Source of the DNA: Catajapyx aquilonaris
Lineage: Eukaryota
Assembly (NCBI GenBank): GCA_000934665.2
Contig: JYFJ02005644.1
Location: 1-33,470 of the forward strand
Direction of reading: 5' to 3'
DNA length: 33,470 nucleotides
In this document: positions 1 through 10,629 of the stretch, in pieces
Layout of the letters: every line of letters starts with the position of its first letter
Numbering within the stretch: the first letter of the stretch is position 1
Translations under genes and position numbers: made by a program
The notes under the pieces: model-generated
Databases searched by the model: none
What the model was told of the DNA's origin: nothing
What the model saw: the letters and a program-made list of their open reading frames with translations, nothing else

Positions 1-290
1 GCGAGGATATGTCGAACGAAGACGATGAATCCGCACCCGTTTTTCTCCTCGCTTTGCCTGAAAAGTGGCGCGGTCGCCAGGTACCCGGCCCTCTTAAATG
101 TTTAAAATTTGCAATTTCTATCTTTTTAACGCAATTTCTGTCTACACCCCTCAGTTGTACGTTATTATAGAAAGTCAGCCAACAAAATTGTTGGATACGC
201 AATTCGTGTTGTACAGAAATTCACTCACGGAGAATAGGCCCCGCATTTTGTTCTTGCCCTAGGCCCCGCACCCACCTAGGGCCGGCCCTG
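1..290. mobile_element. Right end of a hAT-like non-autonomous element, truncating the Merlin relic
   Basis: Ends in CTAGGGCCGGCCCTG (reverse complement CAGGGCCGGCCCTAG, a typical hAT-type terminus). Merlin coding sequence starts immediately after 290. The left end is not identified. Confidence 0.45.
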
Positions 291-875
291 TGGTCGCTGT
301 TCCTGACCAGCAAGACGCTATTGAAAGTGATAAAAGACAAAATTATTGATGGTACAACCATAATTAGCGATTGTTGGAAAGCGTATGCCTGTTTACGGGA
401 ACGAGGATATCGCCATCTACAAGTGAATCACTCACTAAATTTCGTTGACCCCGACACGGGGGCTCATACCCAGAACATCGAGAGGAGTTGGCGAGAAGTG
501 CGCACCAAAGTACCCAGGTATGACGGATATATGTAATGTAGAGGAAGCCCTAATGGATATTTACCCTGATTCTGGTTACTGTATACAGATATGGTCTAAA
601 GAGCGCCCATTTCGCTGGTTATTTAGCCGAATTTATGTTTAAGAGAGCCCTCCCCGACCACAGAGAGAGTTGGCATCATTTCATGCTTGCGGCCGCAAGC
701 TTATATCCTCCTAACCAGCCTTAAGGTAAATAGCCTTCTAATCCTCCGTCTAACACGCCGCCAGTCTTGCCCTATAGTATCGATTTCTGTGCTATTAAGC
801 AATAAGGCAGGCTCGTCTATACCCAGTATCGAATTTATCGAATCCGATAATTTCGATTCCGATATTCCCAGGACC
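291..875 (+). pseudogene. Merlin (IS1595/ISXO2-like DDE) transposase relic, 5'-truncated, with one GT-AG intron and probable right TIR
   Basis: Translates as GTTIISDCWKAY...LQVNHSLNFVDPDTGAHTQNIERSW. After removing 518-588 it continues YGLKSAHFAGYLAEFMFKR...LYPPNQP* (stop 722-724). Frameshift near 307. Putative terminus ...GATATTCCCAGGACC at 875. Confidence 0.85.
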
Positions 876-1540
876 AGCTACACTGCACAATTACCGAATA
901 GTTTCGTAACCACATTGCCATATGTATATTGTCTTGTCCTGTAACAATTATCTTTCATATCCTGCTCCATGGGGAATCACTGCAAAACCACGGGTCACTT
1001 GGGCTTTTGGTTGCTCCCTTGACATTTCTCCCCCCTACACTTTAGATTTACATTTGGTCAATGAGTTCACAGGCAGCTGGATATCCCACTAATAACAAAC
1101 ACAACTGAACATGTAGCCGCTCAACTCCTTTATTATTGTAAGTGACTGCTTATACAAGGATTCAATGGCTAGGCTGACACCCTTTCATGGAGTGATGTAC
1201 AATTTTGTTTGAAATAACTTCGGTAATGTTGTATGGTAGGTATTTTGGTCATTTTAACCCCTTGAGCCCCAGCCGCCTAGAATCTAGGGGCTGAGAACTC
1301 GACCGCCAGGTACCAGCTATACCCGCCCCCACCTAGTTTTCCGCTTACTCGTGCGCTGAAGATACGAACAAGATATTTTACTAATAATAACAGCTCTACT
1401 TACCCGTTCAGGGAAAACGTTATGAATGTGTTGAAAACATTTTCCCTCCCATAGAAGTCCGTAAATTGATTTCCAAAAAGATCGCTGTAAAATGTGAAAA
1501 TCTGGGTACTACCGGCCAACTGTTATGGTGATTTAATTAT

Positions 1541-2483
1541 AACATAATAATAATAATAATTTATGTCATGGCGGTTACCCTTAGGACGGAGAGAGCTTCC
1601 CCAATACAAAATTCAGAACACAATGATACAGTAGAACACAAGTACAATAGCATCATACAGTGAAACCTGTGTATAACGGAATCGCACGGGACCCCAAAAA
1701 TTTTCGGTTATGGACAGGTGTCCGCTATAACCAGACGTTACTAATTTTTTTTGCTCGCGAGAAAGATAGGAAAATGGGGAGAGCAAAAATAAGCACCTTA
1801 CCTCAATATGGTGCAAAATCATAATTTTGCCTTCTCCATTGGACCATATCAGCCCAAACTCGGGCAATATGTTGAACCCGTGTCAACCGCTTCCTCTTCC
1901 CCGACATAACTGGACTGAACCGTGAACTAAAAGGCACCTACGAGTCACATGATCTTGGCCCGTGCCGAAAGCCAATTTTCGAGTTTCGCAACCGAAAATA
2001 GTCCCCCTCTCCTCACCCTTTCTCTTCAAGGCCACAGGCCATAGCAATTCCAGAAATTACTAGACACAAGTGGTCCAAAAAGGGTTACTCAGAGGCCACC
2101 TGGAATTGCCGATAGTGAACCCTGCTGTATAGTTTCTATTTTTGTGACTCACAGGATATAATGCGAACCTTTTGATTTCCGCTATGAACAGGGATTTTCT
2201 CTGAAGGGAGCCAAAAATTCCTTCCGTTTCCGCGTTGGGCAGGTTCCGTTATATCCGTCAAAAAATACATTGTATGCCCTATGCATACGCCCGTTCCCAG
2301 AAAAATTCCGTAATGGATAGGTTTCTTCTATATCCAGGGTCTGTTATGGGCAGGTTTCACTGTAGTATACCAGGGGGAGCTCAGTACTGCTGATATGCTA
2401 ACAAATTATAATATAATATCGGCATTTTCCAACTATAGTTTTGCTTTATTAAAGAACACATATAATTTATAAATATCCTGGGA
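1541..2483 (-). mobile_element. 5'-truncated non-LTR retrotransposon tail nested in the piggyBac-like element
   Basis: 17-bp direct repeat TATGGTGATTTAATTAT at 1524-1540 and 2484-2500; (TTA)n tail on the minus strand. The related element at 25181 is uninterrupted at this site. Confidence 0.7.
1658..2362. mobile_element. Tc1/mariner (pogo/Tigger-type) MITE
   Basis: TA-CAGTGAAACCTG...CAGGTTTCACTG-TA with internal subterminal repeats. Confidence 0.85.
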
Positions 2484-3194
2484 TATGGTGATTTAATTAT
2501 GAAATACCGTAAAATATACTGAATAACAATCTTGAGAACCATGCCAGAAGACTTTGTTGAAATCTTTGTACTTTCCGAGAAATAAATTAATACTTTTCTG
2601 CGACTTGCCTGTCACTTCGGATTACCCCCTAATCTACTTGTTTCTCAAAAAGTACGACGATTGCAGCAAATCCATGTGGCACCCTTCTCAAAACTGTCAT
2701 TCAGTAGCCTATATTTTAACCTATTTCATAACTAAATCAGCCTAACAGTTGGCCAGCAGTACTCTAATTTCGAGTTTTTACAGCGTTATATTTGGAAATT
2801 AATTTAGGGACTTCTACGAGAGGGAAATCGTTTTTAACACATTCAGAATGTTTTTCCTGGACGGGTAAGTAGAGGGGTTATTATTTGTCAAATATCTTGT
2901 TCGTATCTTCAGTGCACGAGTAAGCAGAAAACTAGGCGGTGGCAGGTATAGCTGGTACCTGGCGATCGAATTCTCAGCGCCTAGATTCTAGGTGGCTGGG
3001 GCTCAAGGGGTTAAAAAAGGCCATTACATCCAATGTGCCCTAGTGAAGTGTTTATTTCTGCCTTGTAAGTAACTGCCTCATGTTTATGTTGACTGGAATT
3101 GAGAAACTGAAGGATCTGTTTGTGCTGCAATTGTGAAGTAAGTGTTCTGCTGGGTGCATTTTATTGACATATCATGTACATTCTGTTACACTAG

Positions 3195-3806
3195 AATCCA
3201 GTACCGCATAGCCAAACGTGGTGCAGAGATGCTGTCTCCTGGGGGACGCATGGTGTACTCAACCTGCTCTTTGAACCCACTTGAAGACGAGGCTGTGATT
3301 CACCGACTATTGGTGGAAACAGATAGGGCAGTAGAACTAATTGACATTAGCAGTCAGTTGCCTGGACTGAAGTACTGTCAAGGACTCTCACACTGGGTCC
3401 CCATGTCACGGGACATGGTGGGCTATGATTCTTTTGAAGATGTACCCGAGAAGTGGCACACACAAATTCGACCAACAATGTTTCCGCCCAAGGCAGAGGA
3501 TGCGGCTGTTTTCAACTTGCATAGATGCATACGTGTTCTTCCACACCAACAAGACACTGGTGGCTTTTTTGTGGCAGTGCTAGAAAAGAAAAAGTTGTTG
3601 CCATGGGAGAAGTCAAGGACAAGTGAGGCAGCAGTTGTTGACGTTCAGCCAAGCAATTGTGATGTGGAGGCTGTTCCAAGTGATTCATTAAAAGAAGCTA
3701 AGGAGAAGGATCGTTCTCCAACACGTAAGAAGCGCAAAATGATGGGATACAAGGAAGATCCTTTTGTGTTTCTTGAATCCAATGAACCAATCTGGCCAAG
3801 CATACG
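3195..3806 (+). CDS. NSUN2: NSUN2 RNA (cytosine-5)-methyltransferase, internal exon with catalytic motif VI
   Basis: IQYRIAKRGAEMLSPGGRMVYSTCSLNPLEDEAV...HTQIRPTMFPP...RVLPHQQDTGGFFVAVL...GYKEDPFVF. Acceptor AG 3193-3194, donor GTTAGT at 3807. Upstream exons are outside the window. Confidence 0.96.
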
Positions 3807-3862
3807 GTTAGTAAAAGTAGTTGTAATCACTGTATTCAAACTAAGGGCTTGTTTTGTTGCAG

Positions 3863-3998
3863 GGATTTTTATCGGCTTGATCCAACTTTAAAGCCATCAT
3901 GGTTCCTCACAAGGTGCAAAGAAGGAAAGAAGAAGAACATATATTTCACTACTCCTGCAGTGAGAGATATAGTTATTAACAATGAAAATAAGCTGAAG
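3863..3998 (+). CDS. NSUN2: NSUN2 exon
   Basis: RDFYRLDPTLKPSWFLTRCKEGKKKNIYFTTPAVRDIVINNENKLK; TTGCAG acceptor, GTAAGA donor; frame is consistent with its neighbours. Confidence 0.94.
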
Positions 3999-4066
3999 GT
4001 AAGACACGGATATTTTTATTGCATGGGAAAGTGAAAGGTACCACTGAAATGTACTTTCTATTGCAG

Positions 4067-4141
4067 ATAATCAACACAGGAGTGAAAACTTTTGTACGCT
4101 GTGATAACAAGGGTACATGTGATTTTCGTTTGGCACAAGAG
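4067..4141 (+). CDS. NSUN2: NSUN2 exon
   Basis: IINTGVKTFVRCDNKGTCDFRLAQE; TTGCAG acceptor, GTGAGA donor, phase 0/0. Confidence 0.94.
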
Positions 4142-4467
4142 GTGAGATTCTTTCTGTATATCTCAGGCTATTTTATAATTTGTAATTGCCCTTTATCTGT
4201 AGCATCTAGTAGCATAGTGAGTCAATTTGTAGGATACTGTGTTCTACCTATATCAAGTGGGAGGGTCCACGGCTGAATTCCCCAGTTCAAGGGAATAAGT
4301 CTGTTGTGGATTGTTGACCAGGGAAATAAATTTAAAGGTCAACAACTCATTAGAAACAACCACTGGTCTCTACACTGGATTAAACATCTAGGTGGTGTCT
4401 TCCTGTGCCTTGGATGGTCATGTTGGGACTCCAAAAATAATATTGATTGTGCACTGCTCAATTAATA

Positions 4468-4778
4468 CACTACTCCTGATTCTCCATGTTTCGGATTATC
4501 CATGCATGGCTAAAACAAATAAAAGTCTGAAAAAATGTCAATTTTTCTCACAAACGAAGAAATATAACAGACTTTTTCCACAATGCAAACTAAAAATCTA
4601 TGGAAATTTGTCGAATTTTGATTGAATCTGATTTAAACCAGAATACAGTCGTTCATTTAAAACCTGTGAATAGCTCATTTTACGGTATCTAGGACCATTT
4701 TCCAATTAATTATCCATCATTTCCAATTATCCGGCGACATCCGTGCAGCCATTAGCCCAGATAATCGAGAGTACAGTG
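4468..4778. mobile_element. Tc1/mariner (pogo-type) MITE, degenerate
   Basis: TA-CACTACTCCTGATT...ATAATCGAGAGTACAGTG-TA; same family as 15056-15438 in the opposite orientation. Confidence 0.65.
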
Positions 4779-5573
4779 TATTGCAGTTGTTTTTTTGACT
4801 CCTTCTGTACTAGTTTATTTCATGCTTATATTGCCATGTAATGTAGAAATTTGCCAAAGGAGATCAAAAGCTGGTTGTGGTTGTTTTTAATATTGTTAAT
4901 TTTCAAAATAAATTCTCACTGGTTTCGGTTGTTTACGCAGCAGTAACAGGTCATGTGTCACATGCAAAAATAACTGCTGTTTCCAGCATAAAAAGCTATT
5001 GAGAAATCTACTGTCCCATCATGGTGCTCAAAAGAGGCAAAAATTGTAGTATTGATCATGACAATCTTCAAACCAGTGTATAATGGACATCAGTGGATGG
5101 AACGGTCACATCCAGTTGTCGCGACTGTAGTTAATCTCCTTAAGCTGATTGCTGGGGTAAACAAGCTATAACATCCCTTGAATCTGGGTCTCAGGCATTG
5201 CTGTTCCATGCATAAATCTCCAGCTCCTACATGCACATTATAATTCACATCAATAAGCATTCATATAGACCTGCATTTGTTACTTTGTGTTTGATTACTC
5301 CAAGCTTCCCCATCCACCAATGCCTCCTCTCCAGTTGATGTGCTACATCTGAATTTAATATCAAACACCAGGAAGTGGCATTTTGGGCATTTCTACTCTT
5401 TCACGAGATTGATTTAACCAGTCTGTGATGAAATTGAATATTGTAATAAAGCATCATGCTACATGTACTGTAGGGTATGAAACGTTATAATGCAGTTTCG
5501 AATACTAGGATTTATTACCTCATAGTATGTCATCTGGCTGGCAGTTGGCCCAAAACAAGTCAAAAATGTAGAT

Positions 5574-6323
5574 GGGAGAAAAATATAGGGACCAAAAGGT
5601 AACAAGGTAGATTACCAGGTCTGCCCCTAGAGCCTAGACACGTACACCAATACACCTTTATGTAGATCACCTGAAAGATGTATCTGTGCACCTAGAGTTG
5701 TTGCCTAGGAAGCCACGAGCATGATAATCATTACTGGTAATCTCACAAAATCCCATCAGTAATTATTATCATAGCCATGTACAGTACCGCTCATAAAGAA
5801 TGGTATGACTATGGACAAAATGTTTATTCTGTTCCCAATCCCTGGGTCACCAGCATGTTTTAGGGGTCATGAGGAGGCTGGGAAAAGGCAATTAAAATCA
5901 AGAAAAAAATAGAAGATAAAAACAAGGCAAAGTAAGAAAATGTAAGAAGGGAAATTCATCTCTAATCTATGTAAGCATTGTACCATGTTGAACATTTTGG
6001 TAATAACAAATTTCGGAAAAAGTCGGGAAGGGGTCATATGGGTCACCAGAGATCTAGGACAAGTTGTCCATAGTGTCGCGACGAAATCAGGTTGGGAATA
6101 ATGCTGGATAGTAAGAAGAAACACGTTGTCCTTAGAGTCGTACATTTCTTTATGAGAGGGACTGTACTTCTCCCCAGGCAACCACTGTTAGGTATGCAGG
6201 CCCGTCTGTCAGGCAATCTTCCTGCTAAAAGGCACAGTGCATGTTGCCATGTGTCTTGGTGGGCAGGTCAATGTGTCTGATCATCTAGTTTGTTACTGGT
6301 TGGTCCCTCGACATTTCTCCCCC
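5574..6323. mobile_element. Old unclassified TIR element
   Basis: GGGAGAAAAATATAGGGACCAAAAGGTAACAA at 5574 is an imperfect inverted repeat of TTGTTACTGGTTGGTCCCTCGACATTTCTCCCCC ending 6323. A similar end occurs near 1010-1035. Confidence 0.4.
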
Positions 6324-6766
6324 ATTATCATTGTGTCTTAGTTTGCACAACTTGATATGGTACTATCGGCACAGAATTGGTCTGGACACGTGGGAGGTGC
6401 CTGAGGGTGATGCTGGCTGCCAACACTTGCGCATTGTTGGGGCAAGTCGGAAAATTATTACAAAGAGTAATAATTTTTCTACTTGCCCTAACATCGTGAG
6501 AAAAGTGACAACACTGAAGCAGCCAACGTGGGAGGGGTGAGAGGGCAGTCTTACAGCTGAGGTGGCCCAGGGATGGGGAGTCGCACAGCCTTAGTGATCC
6601 CAGGTGACCTCTGCTGTATATGTGCACAGGGATAGCTTTTTTAGATGAAGGAAAGAAGACTGCTAATTATACACTACTAAGAGAGGGTTGCAAGGGTTAT
6701 GGAGTAAGAGACAAATTCACACATTATGTGAGACCTATCATATTCAAATAATGTAATTCAATAATA

Positions 6767-7408
6767 CAGTCGACTCCAGATATAACAGCCTTCAAGGGTC
6801 CACAGAAATCATTTTGCTATAAGTGAGGTTTGTTATACCGTATTACCTCTCATATTGCAGCATGCTGGTGTAGGTGAGGTCAACCAATTTTTAGAAATGC
6901 ATGATCTGGTGGCTATGCCGGCATGCCGGCATAAGACGAGGTATGCTGGTATAAGGCGAGGTTTTCACATAAGTTACATTATCCTTTCCGAACTTGACAT
7001 TTGCCTGAAAAGCAAAATTCACGTAAAGGCTGTCAAAAAGCCACATTTTCTGGCAAAAATCTCTATTTAAACAGTATGTTGAAGCAAGGGGTTCCCCTGT
7101 CAAAGCAGGCTGACGATGGGATTGGTCACACAATCTACATTTTTTATATGCACTGTGCAACAGAAGTTGCACATTCTCACAGCTTGTACACTCGCCCATT
7201 TTCATTGTAACATTATTTTAGTATGCTACCAGATGCATTCCAAATTTTTTTTGGCAAGGATCAAGATTACGGAAATCTACCTCCGTTATTGCAGCATGCC
7301 GGCCACCCCCGGGTTATACGGGCATGCTGGTCGACCTCGTTTCATACCGGCGTGCCGCAATATGAGAGGTAATACTGTAGCTGAAGCTGTTATATCCAGA
7401 GTCAACTG
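6767..7408. mobile_element. Tc1/mariner (Tigger-type) MITE
   Basis: TA-CAGTCGACTCCAGATATAACAGC...GCTGTTATATCCAGAGTCAACTG-TA plus internal inverted repeats. Confidence 0.8.
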
Positions 7409-7515
7409 TATATATATTCAGCGGTATAATGAGCAAGTCTATATAAAGCACAGGAGACAATGCTGCATAATTTCTTGATGAAAAGTGACTTGTTGCTATC
7501 TGCAATGAATCATAA

Positions 7516-8426
7516 AGGTGCGTTCACATATACGTGAATAAACACTAGCGAGCAATTTTCAGGTTTTGCTTTTTCACGTCTTTTGCATCACGAATCTAGC
7601 GAATTTTTGGAAAATTTTCCAGGCATTCACGTATCCACTCTGCGATAAAACTTACTCAGTAGTTATGGAGCATGCGCTGTGCAGCAGGGGAGGTAGGAGG
7701 GAGGACGGGGTCGGGGTCGTGTGGGCAGGGGGAGGTGTTGGGCTGAGAAAGATGGCGGAGCCCTGTGTTGTGGAGGCAGCCGGCATGGCAGTGAAAATGC
7801 TGCTGAACCGACCTCGGAAGGGTGTCCAGGTCACAGTGCACCAAGTGGGGCAATAGCTGGACATGGTGCGGAGGCTGGCCGGGTTGGGAGTTTGCGACAA
7901 ATAAATTGGTAACTTCCGAGCTCGGGCATTCGCATTCCTAACATGGCCGAGGAAGGCCGGCAAGTCCGCGTGGCGGCGCTGGGTGCCTCGAACCAGCTCC
8001 AAAATTTGCTCGCGTCAAAAATTCGCTTCTATCTGCCTCTGCCAGAGGAGCGTGATTTTTAGTTAATAATAATAATAATTATTATTATTATTGTTGTTGT
8101 TGTTGTTGTGGTTGTTGTTGTTGTTGTTGTTATTCTTCTTCTTGGGTAGAGGGTATGCAGCGCAGACCTTTATTGTAACTTGTAGTACATAGACCATATG
8201 CCCGGGCCCAGGGGCAGGATGACAGGAGGGGATGTGCAAGGTGCAGTGCAATGTCTTAAACGTGGCCATTTTTAGTGAACTCCCCCGGGTGGTTTAGTCT
8301 GTTGGAAATACCACCAGAGACGAAGCCAGAGGTGACCCTGAACTCTGCACGAGATGAAGGGGGTGTCCCTAGGCTGGGATCGATCCCGGGACATTAACAT
8401 CCGTGGGCGCATACGTTACTGCAGCA

Positions 8427-8471
<45 letters not shown>

Positions 8472-8631
8472 NCCGCCCCCCCGATTTTTAGTTTAGTCGC
8501 GTAAGTGACCAAAATTTGCCAGCGTCTAGGAGAAACTCGCCGATACGTGAATGCCTTCGGCCAGACGCGAATTCGCTGTAAGCTGAAATTCGCTCGCTTT
8601 TGATCAAAATCGCGTATATGTGAATGCACCT
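7516..8631. mobile_element. PIF/Harbinger-like non-autonomous element with a nested SINE
   Basis: TAA TSD (7513-7515, 8632-8634); 19-bp TIR AGGTGCRTTCACATATACG. Confidence 0.8.
8065..8482 (-). mobile_element. tRNA-derived SINE family A (tRNA-Arg(ACG)-like head)
   Basis: A/B-box head AGTGGTGCTGCAGTAACG...CCCGGGATCGATCCC. 11-bp TSD GATTTTTAGTT (8054-8064, 8483-8493). Trinucleotide tail and an (AG)n expansion inside the head. Confidence 0.85.
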
Positions 8632-9016
8632 TAAGACCTCAGAATGGGAACAGTTGTTGCTATTGTTGTTGCAATTGCTTTCGTCTGGTCAAGGGTGTCT
8701 CACTTGTCAATATTTGATCTCGTTCTGGGATAAATTCAATAACATGATGACAGGAGGCGTGGGCATTTTCCATGGCGTTATGGTTTGGCTACAAGCATAC
8801 TAGACACTGGAATATAAAATCTTCAGTGACAAACTCAATCGACATGGTAATAAGCACCTTAAATTGTAGATAAAAACCCCCATTTGTAGGTTTAGTAATG
8901 CACGATTTGGGCGCCCTTGACAGTCTTGTACTCCTGCATGAACAAGATCAAAAGATGTGTAACATCATAATACACCATATGAGGATGTATAAAAGGGTAT
9001 TTTAAGGCAATATTTA

Positions 9017-9584
9017 CAGTGAAACTTCCATAAGTCGAATCTCCATGGGATCGGGGAAAAACTTCGAGTTAGAGAAGTTTGAATTTTTTAAAGCACAGAA
9101 CTCTATACGGAAGCCTACCTCTGTATATTCAGCGATGAAAGGTGTTCAAAACTTAAAAATAACTGTCACTATCACACTTACAATGTTCCTCGTTGTTTTG
9201 TTGTAAAAAAACTCAGTGATGGACATTTGCCTACTCTTAGATTCAAGGATTCAATTTTCACAATCGAGTCAACACTACTTTCGGTACGTCCGGCAGACGG
9301 AGATCAGGATATTCCGCCTTTCTGCACATGTGGCCTACTCTCGACTCTTCTGCTGGGAAATGAGAAAATTTTCCGTACTCACGAACATGAACTTCGACTT
9401 AGGGAGACTGAAAATGCATTGATATCCCATCGTAAGGCCCTGCCAGCACTTCGAGTTATGGAGAACTTCGAGTTAGGGAAGTTTATTTCCTATTATTTTA
9501 CATTGTGACCAACCAAGCTCGTCATTTTCTTCGACTTATAGAGAACTTCGACTTAGGGAAGTTCGACTTACAGAAGTTATACTG
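9017..9584. mobile_element. Tc1/mariner (Tigger-type) MITE
   Basis: TA-CAGTGAAACTTCCATAAGTCGAA...TTCGACTTACAGAAGTTATACTG-TA; repeated TTCGASTTA motifs. Confidence 0.8.
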
Positions 9585-9752
9585 TAACTAAACCACACTG
9601 ACTTTCTTACCACATACAAAATTGATCTGTTTTGCCTTGTCCATGCTCCTCTTGAGTGGAACAAGTGGAAAATATTTTTCACTTGCATTGATGAGGCTAG
9701 CTTGCAATGGTGCGACTGAACCCAAGCCTCCTTCACTATTCTCTTTTCTTAG

Positions 9753-9903
9753 GGGGTAAAGGTAATTCGTCCATTTGTGGGGGCTAGAGTGGTCGATGTA
9801 TCCTGGGAAGACTTGGTGGTCCTGTTAACCAATGATGATGACCACAAACCACCTGAAATCATTACGTTTCATCCTGCTACCCAGCTGATGCTAAGCCTCA
9901 TAG
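9753..9903 (+). CDS. NSUN2: NSUN2 alternative exon A (putative mutually exclusive)
   Basis: CTCTTTTCTTAG acceptor, G|GTAGGC donor, 151 nt, stop-free: GVKVIRPFVGARVVDVSWEDLVVLLTNDDDHKPPEIITFHPATQLMLSI-type reading that fits between RLAQE and ETGSLVL. Confidence 0.85.
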
Positions 9904-10049
9904 GTAGGCCTTGAAACTGTAGGAGTATGAACAAGTGTGCAGAAGATGGACAAACTTGCTTTGTCCACCTTCTTGATAACCCTGCTATCCTCTTACCTTG
10001 AACCCTACTGAAGCAATTAAAAATTAGCTGCAACGCATCTTGCTTGCAG

Positions 10050-10191
10050 GGTTTGCATATCATAGCTCCCTATATATGCGCACGTAAAGTATACATGACA
10101 TTAAATGATGCCATAACCCTCTGCAGTCATCCGATGCCCTTTATGTCCAAACTGAGCTCCTCTTTACGGAATCAGTGTGATGGGTTACAAG
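10050..10191 (+). CDS. NSUN2: NSUN2 alternative exon B (putative mutually exclusive)
   Basis: CTTGCTTGCAG acceptor, G|GTAAGG donor, 142 nt, stop-free: GLHIIAPYICARKVYMTLNDAITLCSHPMPFMSKLSSSLRNQCDGLQ. Aligns with exon A and with the same NSUN2 segment. Confidence 0.8.
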
Positions 10192-10629
10192 GTAAGGGTT
10201 TGGGCAGTGTTGACCCTGCATTGCATGTCAAATACGTCAAAAGCAATGTTATGCATAAGCAGTACCCTTGGTTCTCCTCTAGCTAGTGCACAACAAATAG
10301 TGGTGTTTTGTAGTAGGCAGCAGCTCCCTAGTGTATTGCATAATTGATGGTGCTTGTGCATGAAGGCATTCAATTCAAAAAACTCGTGTGTTATCAAATT
10401 TATCATATTTACTAGAAATCTGTTCACTACAACAACAAAAAATCTCAACAGGATGCCTCTTTTGCACTGCTGTCATACAGAAAAACAGGCATCACTGCGA
10501 TGTTTGATTGAGTAGTGTAGACAGGTTTCATTGAATGATTATATTGGTAGACATTTTATGCTTGACAATTTGAGCACTACACCTCAAACCTATGCTTTGG
10601 CATCTGTGTTGCATATAATCAATGATTTT

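Larger units (their letters stand above)
1258..3010. mobile_element. piggyBac-like non-autonomous element with long inverted repeats
   Basis: TTAA at 1254-1257 and 3011-3014. Termini CCCCTTGAGCCCCAGCC...GGCTGGGGCTCAAGGGG. Imperfect inverted arms of about 290 bp. Inner arms are shared with 25181-27576. Confidence 0.85.

Noticed and set aside
321..536. Bacterial IS1595 or contamination
   Set aside because: Contains a GT-AG intron and sits in a eukaryotic gene context; this is Merlin.
3142..3891. The 249-aa ORF as a complete protein
   Set aside because: Both ends read into introns; only 3195-3806 is in-frame NSUN2.
4142..9752. A third copy of the alternative NSUN2 exon (e.g. GYCVLPISSGRVHG near 4232)
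   Set aside because: Early stop, no phase-1 donor and no convincing similarity. None was seen in 10192-12667 either, by eye only.
9832..9888. C/D-box snoRNA-like ATGATGA...CTGA...CTGA
   Set aside because: Too short, no terminal stem, and it lies inside coding exon A (the NDDD codons).
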